DNA of 64,000 nt, taken from contig MU058384.1 of assembly GCA_013265495.1 (NCBI GenBank), forward strand, positions 3,643,239 to 3,707,238. The letters are read 5' to 3'. This DNA comes from Vicugna vicugna (lineage: Eukaryota). Shown piece by piece: positions 1-15,600 of the stretch; positions within the stretch are counted from its first letter, which is position 1; every line of letters begins with the position of its first letter. The notes below the pieces were generated by a model, which worked only from the letters and a program-made list of their open reading frames with translations, did no database searches and had not been told where the DNA came from. Both the position numbers and the translations under genes were made by a program.

Positions 1-1197
1 AAATACAATTTCATATCCAAAAAGGAGTCCTAAAAATACAAGAGATTTAAGATACTGCATATATATAATTATGTAATTTACCAATTTTATGAATACATAT
101 TATGATCGCCATTACCACAAATATCAAATAAACATTCAAATGTTAAACAATTTTAAATAATTTTCTTGTATGTATATCATAGCTAATGATATCAAGGTCA
201 AAAACCACAAATTTAAAGACAAGTAATATCTTATATAAATAATAAACATGCTTTAATAGGTTATGCTTTGCAATTTTATTTCTTCAGTGTTTTTCTTACC
301 AGTACTTGAGTGGTTATATACATATATATAATTACATTTGAATGCGCTTTATAATTTGTGAAATACTTTCACTACATTACCTACCCTATTTCATTCTCAG
401 AAGCACAATGAAATATATGAAGAAAATATTTTTTTCACTACTAAATCCTGGGTGCCATTTTAAAAAAATAAAACAGGCACTGTTTCTCATATGTTGAATT
501 GTAACCAGCAAAATTTAAAATATTAACTGCAATTTAGAATTTTTAAAATAGGAATAATATAATTATCTTAATGAAAAGATCAAAAAGTACATTCTTACCC
601 TGAATGTAAAGCACAAAGAATGAAATTGGGAGATATCTTTTAATAAGATGTTTTCCACAGTGACAGCAAAATTTACCTAAATAGAAGCTGGGAAACTAAC
701 TTACGTCACTTTAGAACCTGACAAAATTGGGGAGAGCAGCAGAAAGAAGTTACCTCATCCTCTGCTGTTTGCAAAGTGGAAAATTTTCTATACCCTAAAC
801 TTTGTAAACATTCATACATACAATCATGCTGGGGAAAAGAGAGAATTAACCATCTCTCTGTATGAGTTTCAACAAAGTAAAGTGACCTCCTTCCACTGAA
901 TAGAAAATTATAAAAAATATAATACGAAGAGTAAATTACTATAGTTTAAAAATACTAAAGTAATAGTAGATGGGGATGACAGAATGAGAAAAACATTTTT
1001 ATTTAATTGTAAGTACTGACTGACTACATTGTTCCAACTCATTCAATAATTATTCAAATATTTTACCTAATTTTAGCTTTCAATGTTCATAATCACTAAT
1101 TGGATAACAAAACCATGCATAAGAAAGAATCGATAACCCCATCCCCTGAACACCATTTACATATACTTCATTGATGGTATTTATATCTATATTTTTA

Positions 1198-1434
<237 letters not shown>

Positions 1435-2948
1435 TTATTTAATCTGAATTCAGGAGTCACTCTTGAAAAGTTATATAACAGTAGAGAAAGGAATCAAAAT
1501 ATACACCATGAAGCAAAAATTAGTATGATTTGAAAAAAAGGAACTCAGTATGCTTTATGTATATAATGGAACACTATACACAACAAAAAAAGGCATAGTC
1601 TCAAACAGTACTGTAGATTTTCAAATCTGCTTGTAATAGTGTTAATAAGTACATTAACATATTAAGAATTATACCTGACAAATAAGCCCATCTTTCTCTG
1701 CAGCATGCTCTAAGTTTTACTAGGCATTAAAAGGCAAAGGGACTGCTAATTTACGAATATTTGAAAGCATGAAGGGTATAAATTAAATTTTTATATGTTT
1801 TTCTAAATCTAAATCAACCATCACTCTCAACTCTCATTGGCCATGTCTTAATATAAAATCTAATTCTATCTGAGAATATATGCAAAAATGGTAAGTCTTC
1901 TATCTTGTCAGGTTTTACAAATTCTGCTATCTAGAACCTGAGATGAGTCCAGAGATTCTGGCTCAATAGTCCAAGAGCCAGGTCCATACTCAGCCCCATT
2001 TCACATCATCCAGAGCAGTAATTCACTGTCTGAATGTGTTGGGCTTTGATGTAAGCTCATTTGAAAAAAAAACTTCAAAGTTTTTTTTTAATTTTAAACC
2101 ACTCTCAAGAGTATATCAGTATCTTTTTTAGAATTTCCAGAAGTATAATATGTAGTTCACGATTTTATTTTTCCATTTGGAAAATTCATTTATGATGAGT
2201 GAGTTTTGAACTACAGTCATCAGCACTGAAAATTTTACTAAAATCAAGTATTATTGAATTATGTACTACATTTTCTTTTAATCTATTTTCTTTTTATTTA
2301 AAGAACTCAGTCAATGCAATGTTCTCTTTTGGTAATTAATTTAAAATTGGGGGGGAAAAGGTATATGTTATACTTATTTGTCATAGTCAACAGACCATTC
2401 CAGGTACATGAATGTACTTAAACAGCATATCAACACTTATTTAATCCATTTCTATATCTAATTCTTATGCTTATATGGTTAGCTAACGCTTTGCAAAAGG
2501 ACACTACTATCTTAAAGAAGCATGAAGCCTGGTAAGGCTTACAAGGGAAACAGAAAATTTTAAAAACTAATGGACTGTCAAATTAAAAATCAAGTTGCAA
2601 ATAGTTCAGCAGCCTCACTAGCAAAGTGAACAAGAAATGAAAGCAAAAGCTGATACAAATGCACAGGGTTAAGAGCAATAAAGAAAAAAATTACAGAAAT
2701 TGTAAAGCAGTTTCCCAAACAAACAAGTAAGGCTGCACTGTTGAACTTTGAGAATTTCTGTTTCTTATTCTGCTTGTTTTATGTCCACTTAAATCCAATT
2801 AATGCTAATGCAGGTCACTCACAATCATCAATTAGAAATGAAAGGGATTGAATTTAACTTAATGGTCCATAAACACTACCAAAGGCCACATAAACAAAGA
2901 TAAATAAAATCTAAAACATCTCAACATTAGGGAGAGCTTGGCAACTCA

Positions 2949-3146
<198 letters not shown>

Positions 3147-4339
3147 TCAAGGGAAAACATACCACTTTCACTGCCGGGAGACTTCCATCCATATATCAAA
3201 TATACAGATACACTGTTTTTATACTATAATAATGCATAAGAATTACTAAAAGTGACGAACTACAGAAAAATAAGGCAACATGATAACGATCTTAGATCTA
3301 CTCAAAGCAGGAAAATCTGAATCTCACACTGAGACAAGCCCAACAATGACTGAAAACACACCCAATGCATTTTTCTTCAGGATAGGAAAAGGCCCTGAAA
3401 ATCCTTGTTTCTTGAAAATAAAGTTAAGCACCCAATACCAGCATGTACCACAAGAAATAAAATGATAACAGTTTTACAGTTAAATGTGAGCAGTCTACCA
3501 AGTCAAAATGGATATTTTGAAATCTCAGCTTTTACATTTATTTTATTTTAATAGGCCATCCAAACGTATATTTTTCACCTTGGAAAAAAAGTTGAGGAAA
3601 TTTAAAGATTATACTTTGAATTATTACAAAAATGATTTATATCACATAGCTGCACAAAGTCAACCCTGATTGTTTTATATGCTGTTTGCCTTCAATTTTG
3701 TAAACTATGAGGAAATGACAAAATGATCAGATAAAAAACCCAGAATATATGTGTATCTACATCAAAAGTAAATTACAAACAATAACTGATCATGCAAGAA
3801 AGCTAGTTCAGCTTAATGAAAAAAAAAAAGTCTGCAGTGTGATGGTAGTCATGATCTTGATTCCATTTAGTAGTTGTGTGACTCTACACAAGTTACACAG
3901 TGTCTCTGAGACTGATTCCTCATCCCTAAAAAAGAAACAGAATGCCTACATGCAGGATGGTGCAAGACTTTAGTGTAACAAAGTTTCTGCAAAGCACATA
4001 TACGGTCTCTAGCACATGGTAGATACTCTAATATATGGTAAATAAAAATGCTCAATTTTAAAAGTTTCCTTTGGTTATCTGCACATATTTTCCTAGAGTC
4101 CCAATTCTAAATCATAGGTCATTTAACTAAATTCAACAACTTTTGACAATGTTTCTCTGATTCTTTGCAAGTTGCTTAAGAAAGATAAAAATTAAATTGC
4201 TGGTGGTAATGAAATGCAGAGGTTAAGAATGGGGGCTTTGGAGTTACAGAGCTTGGTTCTAATTCAGCTCAATCATTTAGTAGCTTTTGATATCTAGTCA
4301 AGTTACTTAACATCCCAGATTCTCATGTTCCTTACCTAT

Positions 4340-4620
4340 AATAAAACACCTGCTTTATATCGACTCACAGAGAACAAACTAGAGGTTACCACTGGGGTGG
4401 GGGGAGGCGGGGTTGGTACAAAACAGGGGTAGGGGATTAAGATGTACAAACGACTAGGTATAAAATAAAATACAAGGATATATTATAAAACATGAGGAAT
4501 ATAGCCAAGATTTTATAATAACTATAAATGGAGTATAACCTTTAAAAATTGTGAATCACTATATTGTACAACTGTAATTTATGTAATATTATATGTGAAC
4601 CATTCTTCAATAAAAACAAG
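4340..4620 (+). mobile_element. L1 3' end inserted into a MIR
   Basis: gactcacagagaacaaactagaggttacc...cttcaataaaa, typical laurasiatherian L1 3' UTR; MIR-like sequence on the left. Confidence 0.7.
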
Positions 4621-4808
4621 ACCACCCCCAAAACAACAAAACTCTGCCTTATAAAGTTGAAATGAGATAAATTTTTTAAAAAATAGATTAAAATAACAAA
4701 ACATACCCATGATTAGAAATCATTCCTATCCCTATTAATAACAAATAATAACTCGTATTTATTGAGTGCTTCCTATATGCCAAATGCTGGTCTAAGCATT
4801 TTATATGT

Positions 4809-5158
4809 ATAGTTGGCCCTCCACAGCCATAGGTTCTGAATCTGTGGACTCAACCAACCATGAACAGAAAATATTTGAGAAAGAAAAATTCCAGAAAGCT
4901 CCAAAAAGCAAAACTTGAATTTGCTGTGCTGGCAACTATTTACACAGAATTTATGTTGTATTTACAACTATTTACATAGCATTTACATTGTGTTAGGCAT
5001 TGTAAATAATTTAGGGATGATTTAAAGTACCGGAGGATGTGCATAGGTTATATGCAAATACGACTACAATTTATATAAGAGACTTGAGCATCCAGGGATC
5101 TTGGTAATCAGGGAGGATTCTGGAAAAAAAATCCTTGACTGATACCAAGGGACAAATA
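4809..5158. mobile_element. TcMar-Tigger non-autonomous element (MER2-like)
   Basis: Ends tagttggccctcc... and ...ccaagggaca, flanked by TA; internal sequence resembles MER2/Tigger as recalled. Confidence 0.65.
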
Positions 5159-5482
5159 TATTAACTTTTTAAAAACATCACAGCAAATGACGTAGAACTT
5201 TTGAAAATATAAAAAGTAATTCCTGTGGTAATTACAAATGAGGAAACTGAAACATACGGAAATAAAGTAACTTGTCAAGATAGCAAGCTATGGAATCAGG
5301 ACCTGGAACTGGAACCCAGGCAGGCCACCTGGCTCCCCAGCCCGAGTGAACTACGACTACACTATGCTGCTTCTTAATGTTGCTGGAGGAAAAGCACCAC
5401 ATAATCAATGTTGGCTGAGTCTTGCGGAATTATTCTTTCAATTTATATATTAGCTCTTTCTATAAACTGGGGAAATATTTAA

Positions 5483-5483
<1 letters not shown>

Positions 5484-5520
<37 letters not shown>
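5484..5520. repeat. (CA)n microsatellite, about 18 units
   Basis: Perfect CA run. Confidence 0.98.
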
Positions 5521-5522
<2 letters not shown>

Positions 5523-5764
5523 CAGTCTGTCACATTCGCTCCAGAGTTATTTTAGAGGTAAAGGTAATAAACACAACAAATAAAGTTGAAACCTCTATTG
5601 TATTTCCAATCCCATTCCCCATCCTCCTTGCCCAGAGGCCACCACGGTGATGGAATCTGGTGTGCATCCCTGTAGTGTGTTTTGGTACTACTTTTACTAC
5701 ATTTTTATAGATTCATAAATAGGTGTTTTTGTCTTGTGTGTGAGATACAAAGACTTTTTAAAAT

Positions 5765-5904
5765 TGGGGGGGCGAGGGTAATTAGGTTTATTTATTTATT
5801 TATTTATTTATTTAAAAAAAATTTTTAATGGAGGTAACTAGGGATACAACCGAGGACCTAATGCATGCTAAGCACATACTCTACCACTGAGCTATACCCT
5901 CCCC
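5765..5904 (-). mobile_element. tRNA-derived SINE, vic-1-like (camelid)
   Basis: Reverse complement GGGGAGGGTATAGCTCAGTGGTAGAG...(A box), degenerate B box, then (AATA)n tail. Confidence 0.8.
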
Positions 5905-8900
5905 TAAATATTTTTTTAATTTAAAAACACCCCCACAACTACTCCCAATTCTCAACTTAGTGATACGGTAATGCAGTATGATGGGGTTTTTTGAAAAAAT
6001 AAAATAAAACATAAAAACACCATCCTCCTACTTTACAAAAGGTTGAAAACCACTCTAATGAAAGAGAGTAACTAACATCTTAAATCTGGCTAGGGATGGT
6101 GAGGATAAGAGGGAGTGATGAGCTTGAAAGTACCAATGGAAACTGTTCAGAATTGGTACAGACTAAAGCTCCAAAAATTTCAGGGTCCTAATTATAATCA
6201 CTCTGACTGTAGTCTAGCCACCAGTCAGTAGCATTTGTTTCAGAATTCTAAGCAGCTTTGATAAAATGATCTTTCATGACCTTCCCTAAACTTCAGTGTT
6301 TAAAGCAGGGTGGTGTGGATGTCTGGAGCTTGGTCAGCCCAGCAACAGCCTTCTAGGAACAACATCCTCTTTTCACCATGTGATTCTAGAAAGATCTATG
6401 GCTCAACACAGCTGACTGGCCAAGGACAGGTGTAAGCAAGGCCAGTCACAGTATCTCATTCTCTGTCCCTACCACAGCTGACAGGTCAAAAGTAGGTACT
6501 TGGGATTTTTCTGACCTATCACTGAAAGAATGATAGCAGTCTCTCTCTCTTATAGCAGAATTCACAAGTTATAAAATTGAGGGGCTGCTGGTGGTCATGT
6601 GTTTCACTGTAAGGAGAAAGCTGGCCTGCAGAGTCAAATCAACAAGTGGAGAAAAGTCGAAATTAGAGACAGAGAATGTGTCCTGGGGCCATTCAAGCAC
6701 CACTTCCCCTTCTGGGATTGCTTTTCAATAAATTCTACAAAGACCTGAGATTGAGCAAGTTCTACCATCTGTAGGCAAAGGCGATCATTGTGGAGATAGT
6801 GAATGGGATTCACCTGAAGCTTCAGAGAAGAGTCTAGCTCCAGAGAAGAACATTTGATTCAGCACAAGGTGTCAACTAAAACACAGGAAATACCTACATG
6901 ATATATACTAGCTCTCAAAAGCATATATTTCATATCAGGTCTGAAACTGCAAAGCCTGTTATAACCATGACTACAGCATTGTTTAAAGTTCAATGAGCTT
7001 GAGTTCGTCATAGTAATTATATTTCTAACAATTGCACTTTATGGGTGTGTGAATGATTTAAAGTACCAAAACACTACAATAAATGTGGACCAGGAGATTA
7101 AGAAGTAACTGTTATTCTAGCAATAATATGGGTAAATCTCACAAAACATAAGGTTGAGCAAAAGAAATCAGACTTGAAAACTCAAAAACAGGTAACATTC
7201 ATCTCTGCTATTTGGAGGCAGGACAGTGGTCAGCCTCAAGTAGGGGGTGGAGAAATGTAATGACTGGAAGGATGTTGGGGGGCCCTCTGGGAACGCTGTT
7301 TCTTGACCTGGGTGCTGGTACACAGCTGCATTCATTGTGAAAATTCATTGTGTTGTACACTTAAGATTATGCCCTGTCCTGTATGTCTCTTATATACTCA
7401 ATGAAAGGTTAAGCAACCGCAACAAAGACTGGACGGATGCTTATTTCAAATTTCTCTGGGACAACATTTTGGTTCCTCATCAGAATATTCAAGCAACATT
7501 TTTTAAAAAGACCATGGCTTAGGTCGTCCCCTCTTGCAGTTAATGCAAAGGGCACAAAGAAGCGAGAACTGCTCTGGAGGAGCTGAGAATTCCACTTGTG
7601 CTACACATGGTGGGCTCATCACCCTCATCACTTTGTTTTCCAGGTAGGAGAGGGACCTTCTGGCCAACTGGTACCATGACTCATTCAACTCTTTTAGCCA
7701 CCAGGACATCCATATTTATATTGTTTTTTTAATTGCATTTTCCAGACAACTGGCCTTTCATTGTCAGCCAGACGTTTATCAGGGCCCTGTGACAGTGCCA
7801 CAGACCCACCTGCATTACCAGCTTCTCTTATCAGTTGCAGACCTGCCACTGGCAGCAGAACCAGTGGATTTAAGTACATAATATGGAACAGGAAGTGCTA
7901 GCTACAACTATGTCCAGCCTTAAGAGGAAGTTGGGTGAGGAGAATGAGAGTAAATGTTGAGTCTGAAACTGTGAAGTGAAATGAGTAGCAAAAGGATGCA
8001 TGTTGGGCCCAAATAATTTAATTTATTTGAAATGCCAGATGCCTATCAGATGCAATGTGACTTTTTTTTTAATAGAGTAGAATGAGGTTTTTTTGACTAC
8101 AGGACCCCACACATTCAGGCATGGCTATGATTTATGCAATTACATGGAGTCTGTACTAGCAATAATTTAGTTTTCATGATTCAAAAGAAAGGTTATTTCA
8201 TATTAATCCTCTTTATGTAAAGAGCTCAAATAGTCTTCCCTTCCATCTCATATACTTTAGAAATAGGAATTCTGTACTAATTCAGCTTTCATGAACTAAA
8301 CAGAACCAATGTCCTTAAGAGAATTCTAATAAGGAAGACCTAAAGCTCAAAAAACTCCTCCCTTTTTGGTCTGTCTTAACTTAGCTAATGATAAATTTAA
8401 TTCCAGATTTGCAAATTCCATACAACTTTGAAGGTGACTAAATTCCTGGAAAAACTTAAATGCTATATTCTCAGGTATTATCTTAAAATATAAACTGTTA
8501 CAAACAGTTGAATGACATAATTGGCTATACGTGTGCCACAGGATGAGGCATAAAACTACATCTTGACTGCCTAGCATATAAGCTTCTACTATTTGTAATA
8601 TTCTTAAAAACAAACATTTTACAACTTTGGGTCCCACAACCATGAATTTTTCAGTTGAGATGATTTTACGCAAAGATTACAGTATGTTTTATAGTAAGTT
8701 CCTGTCTGTAAGCAAGAAGACAAAGTAAGACAATTAATTGAGAACGACCATAAATAACTCAAGCTGTAATTGACAAAACTGAATTCTCAATCTAAAGAAA
8801 CCACTTCCTCACTGAGCTCAGCACTGAAACCATTTTGTGGTTTTAAAAAAGAGATGAGTATATTTCTATTAAAACAAACATGCAACTTCTATTACATCAG

Positions 8901-9547
8901 CAGAAATAAGCTATTCATTTGGCATCTCAAACAGAGCTACACCACAGATTTGTACAGTGCTTTCCAAATCAGGCTGATCGACTAGACTCCACTGCCGTGA
9001 TTAAAAAATATACCCCTCAGAGGTATCTGATTCAGTAGGACTAAGATGAAGGACAGAATTCTCCTGTTTTTTCAGCTTCCCCAATAATTCTGATGGTTAG
9101 CCAGGTTTCAGGACCACTGGACTAGTATGTTATTACACAACCAGGCATTCCAGATTTTACCTGGAGCAAGTTACTCGAAAACTCTGTTCTCAGAGTTTTA
9201 GTTCTCAGATATATGCTATTTACTCTTACAGAACATACGTGTGCAAATGCCATTCAGATGTCCCTTAAATATGCCCTGTTCTTTCCACAACGTCTTGTTG
9301 CTTCCCATGACTCACCTTTTAACTCTTAATTGTTCAGAAGGTAGCAGTTTAAACACTGTCTCCTCAGGAAATCTTTCCTGACCAGCCAACTTTGGCAAAC
9401 TCAAGGATCCTTGGTTACATTTCCAAAGAATTCTGAGCAATACATTAATAATAAGAGGTACCATTCACAGAGCCCTTACCTTTTGCTTATACTAACTCAC
9501 TTAATCTTCTAGAAAACTCTATGACACATGTATTATTATCACCCTTA

Positions 9548-9646
9548 TTTTTTATTTTATTTTTTTAATGGAGATTTTGGGGAGTGAACCCTGGACCTCA
9601 TGCATGCTAAGCATGTACTTACTCTACCAGTGAGCTATACCTACCC
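9548..9646 (-). mobile_element. tRNA-derived SINE, vic-1-like
   Basis: Same family as the 5765 copy; flanked by approximate TSD atca(c/t)ccttatttt. Confidence 0.78.
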
Positions 9647-12439
9647 ACCCCTCCATCATCCTTATTTTTGAAATGAGGAGTGAAGAGACAGAGACTGAGT
9701 AGCACGACCAAATTCAGGTAACAGTGGTGAACACGGCATCTGATTGCAGGGACAAGGAGTCTGGAGCTAGACTCCCTGCAGTCAGATGCCGCATTCAACC
9801 CCTGAAGCTTCAGCGCTTACCCCAACTTGGACTGTATCACAAACCCACTTCCCATAGCGGAAGAAAAACTTTAAATCTTTTCAATTTTAGTAAGTGGGTT
9901 AATATTGGAAAATCATCATGAAGAAATAGTTCAGGAAAATGTCAAATGCTTGATAAATAAACCCTCTAATAAGCTTCCAGAACCATAAAAGCCAGCAGAA
10001 AATGGCTTTAATGTATTCAATTTTTTTAAAGGAACATAGGTTATAGCTTAGAGGTCAAGTGCTTGCTTTTTGTTGAATCCCTTTCTGATTTATTTTAAGC
10101 CTTGAATGTGCAGACAATTCAGTTAACATTGGCCCCCTAGAACATATGCACCTATGTCCGGATAACCAGGATTCTCAGATTCCATATGCAGTTTGGGTAC
10201 CATGCTCTCTCCCATTTCCCCTTCCCAACTGCAGGAGCTAAGCCAGGCCCATGCCAATCAACACATTACAGCCTCCTCTGCCAGGCACAGTGATTAGTTT
10301 AGGAACATCCACACGGGCCATCAGAGCTGATGAGAGAAGAGGAAACTTTTCTAGACGTCTGAAAAGGAATCTCTCACTTTTTCCTACTGGACAGAAACAA
10401 GAAAGGATGTAGAGGGTGGAGCTACTGCCATCTTGCTGTCACCTGGTACCTGATACTAAAACCAACTTAACAGAACACAGAACAAAAACCAAGAACATTC
10501 TTTGAGCTCTACATGCAGGCAGGTGTACACAGCCAGATGTAATTCTGGACATTTCAACCATGTGAGCAAATAAGTTATCTTCTTCCTTAAGGCAGTGTGG
10601 GTCAGAATTTCTCTCACTTTCAACCAAAGACATCCTGGCTGATATGACCACTATTTACATTTCTTTCTCATATAACACATGAAGGTAATGTCATTAAACA
10701 GTCATTTTTTCCATTAAAGCAAATGGACATTCTGTTGATAAAAGACTTTTTATATACTCTCTATTTATAAAGTACAGAGAGTTAAGTTTTGTGATCATAC
10801 TGTTAACTCTCTAGACACAATTAATCTTTTTCTGCTATTCAGTCTCAAGCACTGAATATTCTACATATAACATCCAGAGTAAATATTATGTATACCAGGC
10901 TACACAAAAGGCCAATGAAAGACAAAGAGGTATGTATGACTCAGCCCAAATAAAGGGCTACTATAAACAATTCTGCCTGACATTTAAATAAATGCAGCTG
11001 CTATCAGTTCATGGTTTTGTCACTATCAGATTTTACATTTGGTCATGGTCATTAAAAGAACAATTAAAAATAAATGAAGACAATGTTAGGATTTTAAATA
11101 ATAATACAAATTAACAAAATTACATACAATAGTAAGGTAAAGGAATTTTTAAAAATCTATCAGTAATTCAAGGAGTTTTACTTACTGACAGTTTTCCAAA
11201 TATGTAAAATTATACTCCTTATTAATTCCAGCTTATTATGAATGCTGCCAATTAGAACTCCCAGCAGACATGGCTTCATGTTTCACTAGAAGGGAAGTAT
11301 GTTTCAGTTCATTCAGAAGATGGATCTATTCCATACGACTAATTCCTTCCAGGTTTGAAATGAATCCTTTGAAACTGTAGGATATACGGCCAAACTGTAG
11401 GATAAAAGGCCCTAAGAAAATGATGCTAATGTCAAACTAATTTATATCCTTACAAGAATTTTAATTGAACCTGTACTAATAGTCTCTGTATTAGGGCTCT
11501 TTACCAATTGTAGAATTATAACCATTATGCTGAACTGCAGTCATCTTACAGATTTGATTCACTATCAACATGAAACACATTAGCATTTACCTAAATTAAA
11601 AGCATAATAATGACTAACGCAAGTTATATATGCAGGCAAAAGGGTTAGTTAATTTAAACGAGTGTATTAATATTGCTATCATTTACTTAATATACACCCA
11701 GGCTTATGGTCAGCTGTGCCACAGAAAAATTGAAAAAGAAGAAATTTAAGCTTGGAAAAGGAAATATGACAAGGAAAATATATTACTAGCTCCATCTTTA
11801 AAGACTTGATATATTTTGAAAAAGATTTTATTCAGATTATGGATCAAAAAACTATGACTTACACAACTTAGAAATTATAAAAATAATAGTAATAATTTTA
11901 TAAGTGTATCTTTCTTCATTCTAGAAAACAATGCTATTAAATTCTAACCAGTGAACAAAACATTTTGTGAATTAACTGAACCTCTATACACTGAAGTTAC
12001 TATTATTCACCATTATCCTAGGATCTAAAAAAGTTGCTTAATCATTAAAAAATGGACATATTTGTCTGTTCACAATATACCTGAAGGTTTCCACGTCTGA
12101 GTTTCTCCAACCTCATAATAGTTCAGAACTCAGGGACATCTGGTCATTTTTAATTTTTAGAATTAAAAAACATAATAAACAAATGGAAAGGATTTCTGTG
12201 ACATTCGATTTCCAGTGGAACTCACTCAACATAACTCAATCTCAGGGCACTGATAGAGTTTATTCGCAAGAAAGGAACAACTATCCTACCGACTGCTGGT
12301 CTTCAGATGTTGGGGAACTAAACAAGGAGACAACACAGGAAGCACTCCCCACTCCCCTGCTACTGTCTTCTCTCCTTCCCTAAGCAACCAGACTGTGCAA
12401 AAAAGCTTCCATTCCTTGATCACTCCTTAAGACTTACAC

Positions 12440-12665
12440 CTGGGGTCAGCAAACATTTTCTGTAAAGGGCTCAACAGTCAGTATTACTGGTTTTGAGTGC
12501 CATTCTGTCTCAGTCATAACTACTCAACTCTGCCACTAGTGTGATAACAGCTATAGACAGACAATATGCAAATGTATGGGCATGACTGTGTTCCAATAAA
12601 ACTTTATTTACACAAACTGTCAGTGGGTCATTTTGATTTGAGGGCAGTAGTTTGCCAGCTTGTGC
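12440..12665 (+). mobile_element. hAT-Charlie MER58A-like
   Basis: ggggtcagcaaacattttctgtaaagggc...ccaataaaactttatttac signature. Confidence 0.75.
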
Positions 12666-15600
12666 TCTATTCTAAAGTTGCTTCTATTTGGTCTTTCCTG
12701 GGTGCTCTGATTTACTGCAGTGGCTTTAGTTTCCATTTATGAGCCAGTAACACAATTTTTACTCATAAGGCCTGATTTCTCAGCTCCAAACTCAACCTGT
12801 TCTTGACAACCCCATACGTGTGTCCCACAGGTTCAATGTACTCTATAACAAAGTCTTCTCTTTCAAACGTATTCCTTATCTCGGTTATGACATTACCATC
12901 CCTGAATTTGTCCTTGCTAGGAATCTAGGACTTATTCTTCACTCATCCCTCTCTCACCTTTCACATCTTATAAAATCATCTCAAAATATCACTCAAAGCA
13001 GCCTACTTTCTTCCGTCCCTTCTGCCACCATCCTTATCCATGCCTTCATCTCTCTCTAAATTGGCCTCCCTGCATCCACTCCAGCTCACCTCCAAACTGC
13101 TCTCCACATGACAGCCAAAGTGAGTCTTTAAAAATGCAAGCACAATCATATCACCTCCGGCTTAAACCTCTTCAATGCCATCCCACTGTCCACAGGATAA
13201 AATCTAGACTCTTGAATCCAGCCGGCAAGGTGTGATCTGAGCCCCTGCCCGTGATCCCAACCTCATTTTTGCTACCCTTTCCTCTTAGACAACAGCCCCT
13301 CTGGCCCTCTTCCAGTTTCTCAAATGCATCAGGTTCTTACTTTTGAATATCCTGTTCTCTCTGCCTGGAATTTTCTCTCTTGTTATGCTACCCAAGACCT
13401 TTCACTTCTCACTGAGCCAACTCCTTATTCATCTTAAATGAAAGCCAGAAACCTCAGATCAAGCAAAAAATTAACTTTTGACTACCAAAACATTTCAGTG
13501 CTTATACAGTAAAAACTAAAATTAAATAAATAGGTTAAAAGACAGAAAAAGTGGGAAAATATTTGTAACAGATTTAAGAGACAGAAAACTAATTCCTAAA
13601 TATAAAAAGAGCTCATACATCAATACAGAAAAACAACAACAAAGAGCTCACAGCAGAAAAAATGGGCCGAAGACATGAACATAACGACTCACAAAAGAAC
13701 TGTGGTACCCAACTGACATACAGAAAGTATTCACTACCCCTAGTAATCAAATATGTAAATCAGAATAACAATTAGATCTCACTTTTCACTCATCAAATTG
13801 GCAAACATCTAAAAGATTGAGGAGACACATCTGTTTACCATTTCAAGGTTCGAACCTTAAAATAACTGTCACCTTGACACGATCAGAATTCTCATTATCA
13901 GAATAAACTGGCATCACGGAGACTGGGAAGGCTGCTGTTATTATTCTGTCTAATCTATAAGGTGTTGCTGCCCTGAAATAAATACATTTGAAAATAATTA
14001 GTGTCACACTGATTTATGTGTACATTTCCCCCAAATGGTCTAACTTAGTAATTCCTCACACTGGAATGCCCTGAGCAGACATCAGTTTCTCCTTCCTAGT
14101 ACATGTCTCTGGAGGCAGGTGACAGTGGCCCAAGGAAGCAGCCTACAAGAGGATCTGTGCCCCTGCCCACCTTTGTCCGATTTCTACACTTGTTACAGCA
14201 CTAATGGCACTCCATACATTACGCAAATTATATAGTAGAAAAGTGAAGCGATATATATTAAAGAATTAGAGCATTCAGGAAGAAAACAGTATTCAGAACG
14301 CTTTCTTTAGCCAAAAGTTTACCGGCAGTATATTAAATAAAAGAAACACGCTGCACCTCTTTTTCCATGTTAGATTTGTTTTAATTTCATAAACCTAAAT
14401 ATACAAGTTCATATGTATAGTTCATAATATATAGTTGGTGGATGTTCTTTTTCCATCAAGTTTATTTAAAACTATAGTCTAAGAATTCTTTCTGAATGGT
14501 AGTATGATTCACTTAATTCAGCTAGTAGTGGAATATGGCTACTAAGAAATAATATGGCTATAATAACAACGTTTTCAATGAGGAAAATAAATCTGAGACA
14601 AGAGATTTTCTGACTCAAAAATCCCAAAATCATTGTCCTGTACAAAATTCAACAACAGCAAAGGTTTTATAGCTATAAGCATGTAAAACTTAACATCACT
14701 AAGCAAATTCAGCCTTTGAAGACATCTGACATTTTCCCTCAAGAGATTCCATTAATATTTCTAATTTTTGTACATATATTCTGGAAAAAGCATAAGAGTT
14801 TTTATGAGGAATACAAGAAAATGTTAACAGTGGTTCCACAGGAGGGGAAGGAGTACTCACTTTTTATTTGGCACATTTCTGTGTTGTTTGAATTTCCGTA
14901 CCATGTATACGGTTAAATAGGAATAATTTGCGATATTATTTCTGTTTTTACTTCATAAATTTATTTTGAAAGTTATAAAAACAGCAAGAAATAAAGAGTG
15001 CTGACATTATTTTGTCAATCACCACAAATATTTATGATTAATTAACACAGGTTACACATTCTTATAACTGTTACGCAGATTTAGCAACCTCTGTTCTGAT
15101 AAACAAACCAAAGACAAAGCAATTTAAGCAAAGCAGCTCAGTGGCTAATAAAAAGAACTAGACTGGTTTCCAACTCTGAAAGACTGGTAACTGGTTATGA
15201 TCTGCCCAAGACAGGGCATTAATCATTAATTAATCATAATTAAACCACACTTGTTCATTAATAGTCATGCTTGTAAAATTCACATTATGAAAAGTCATGG
15301 GGTGGCAGATATTACAACATCACTAAGAATTAATATCCCATATTCTTAACCACGTGAATGTAACTCTGAATGCCTTCCTACAGTGTCCCCACTGGAAATG
15401 AGTCTACTTTCTAACCACAGGCAGAAAGGGAGCACTCTCCTTGCTGACTCAGCTTCTTCCCCCCATCACCCTCTGGGAGGACCCCACCACTGAACCTGTT
15501 GGTGTAAAGTCAGGACAACAGAAGGGTGACAGGCTAGACTGGTGGAAAGAAAAGGTAAAAGGGTTAACGTGCAAGGGCTCTGAAGGCAGAGCTGCAGGGT

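Noticed and set aside
5765..5904. tRNA-like sequences (also near 9548, 34864 and 44602)
   Set aside because: Degenerate, with A-rich tails and (in three copies) TSDs: SINEs, not tRNA genes
13845..13858. Perfect 14-bp palindrome AAGGTTCGAACCTT
   Set aside because: A few such palindromes are expected by chance in 64 kb
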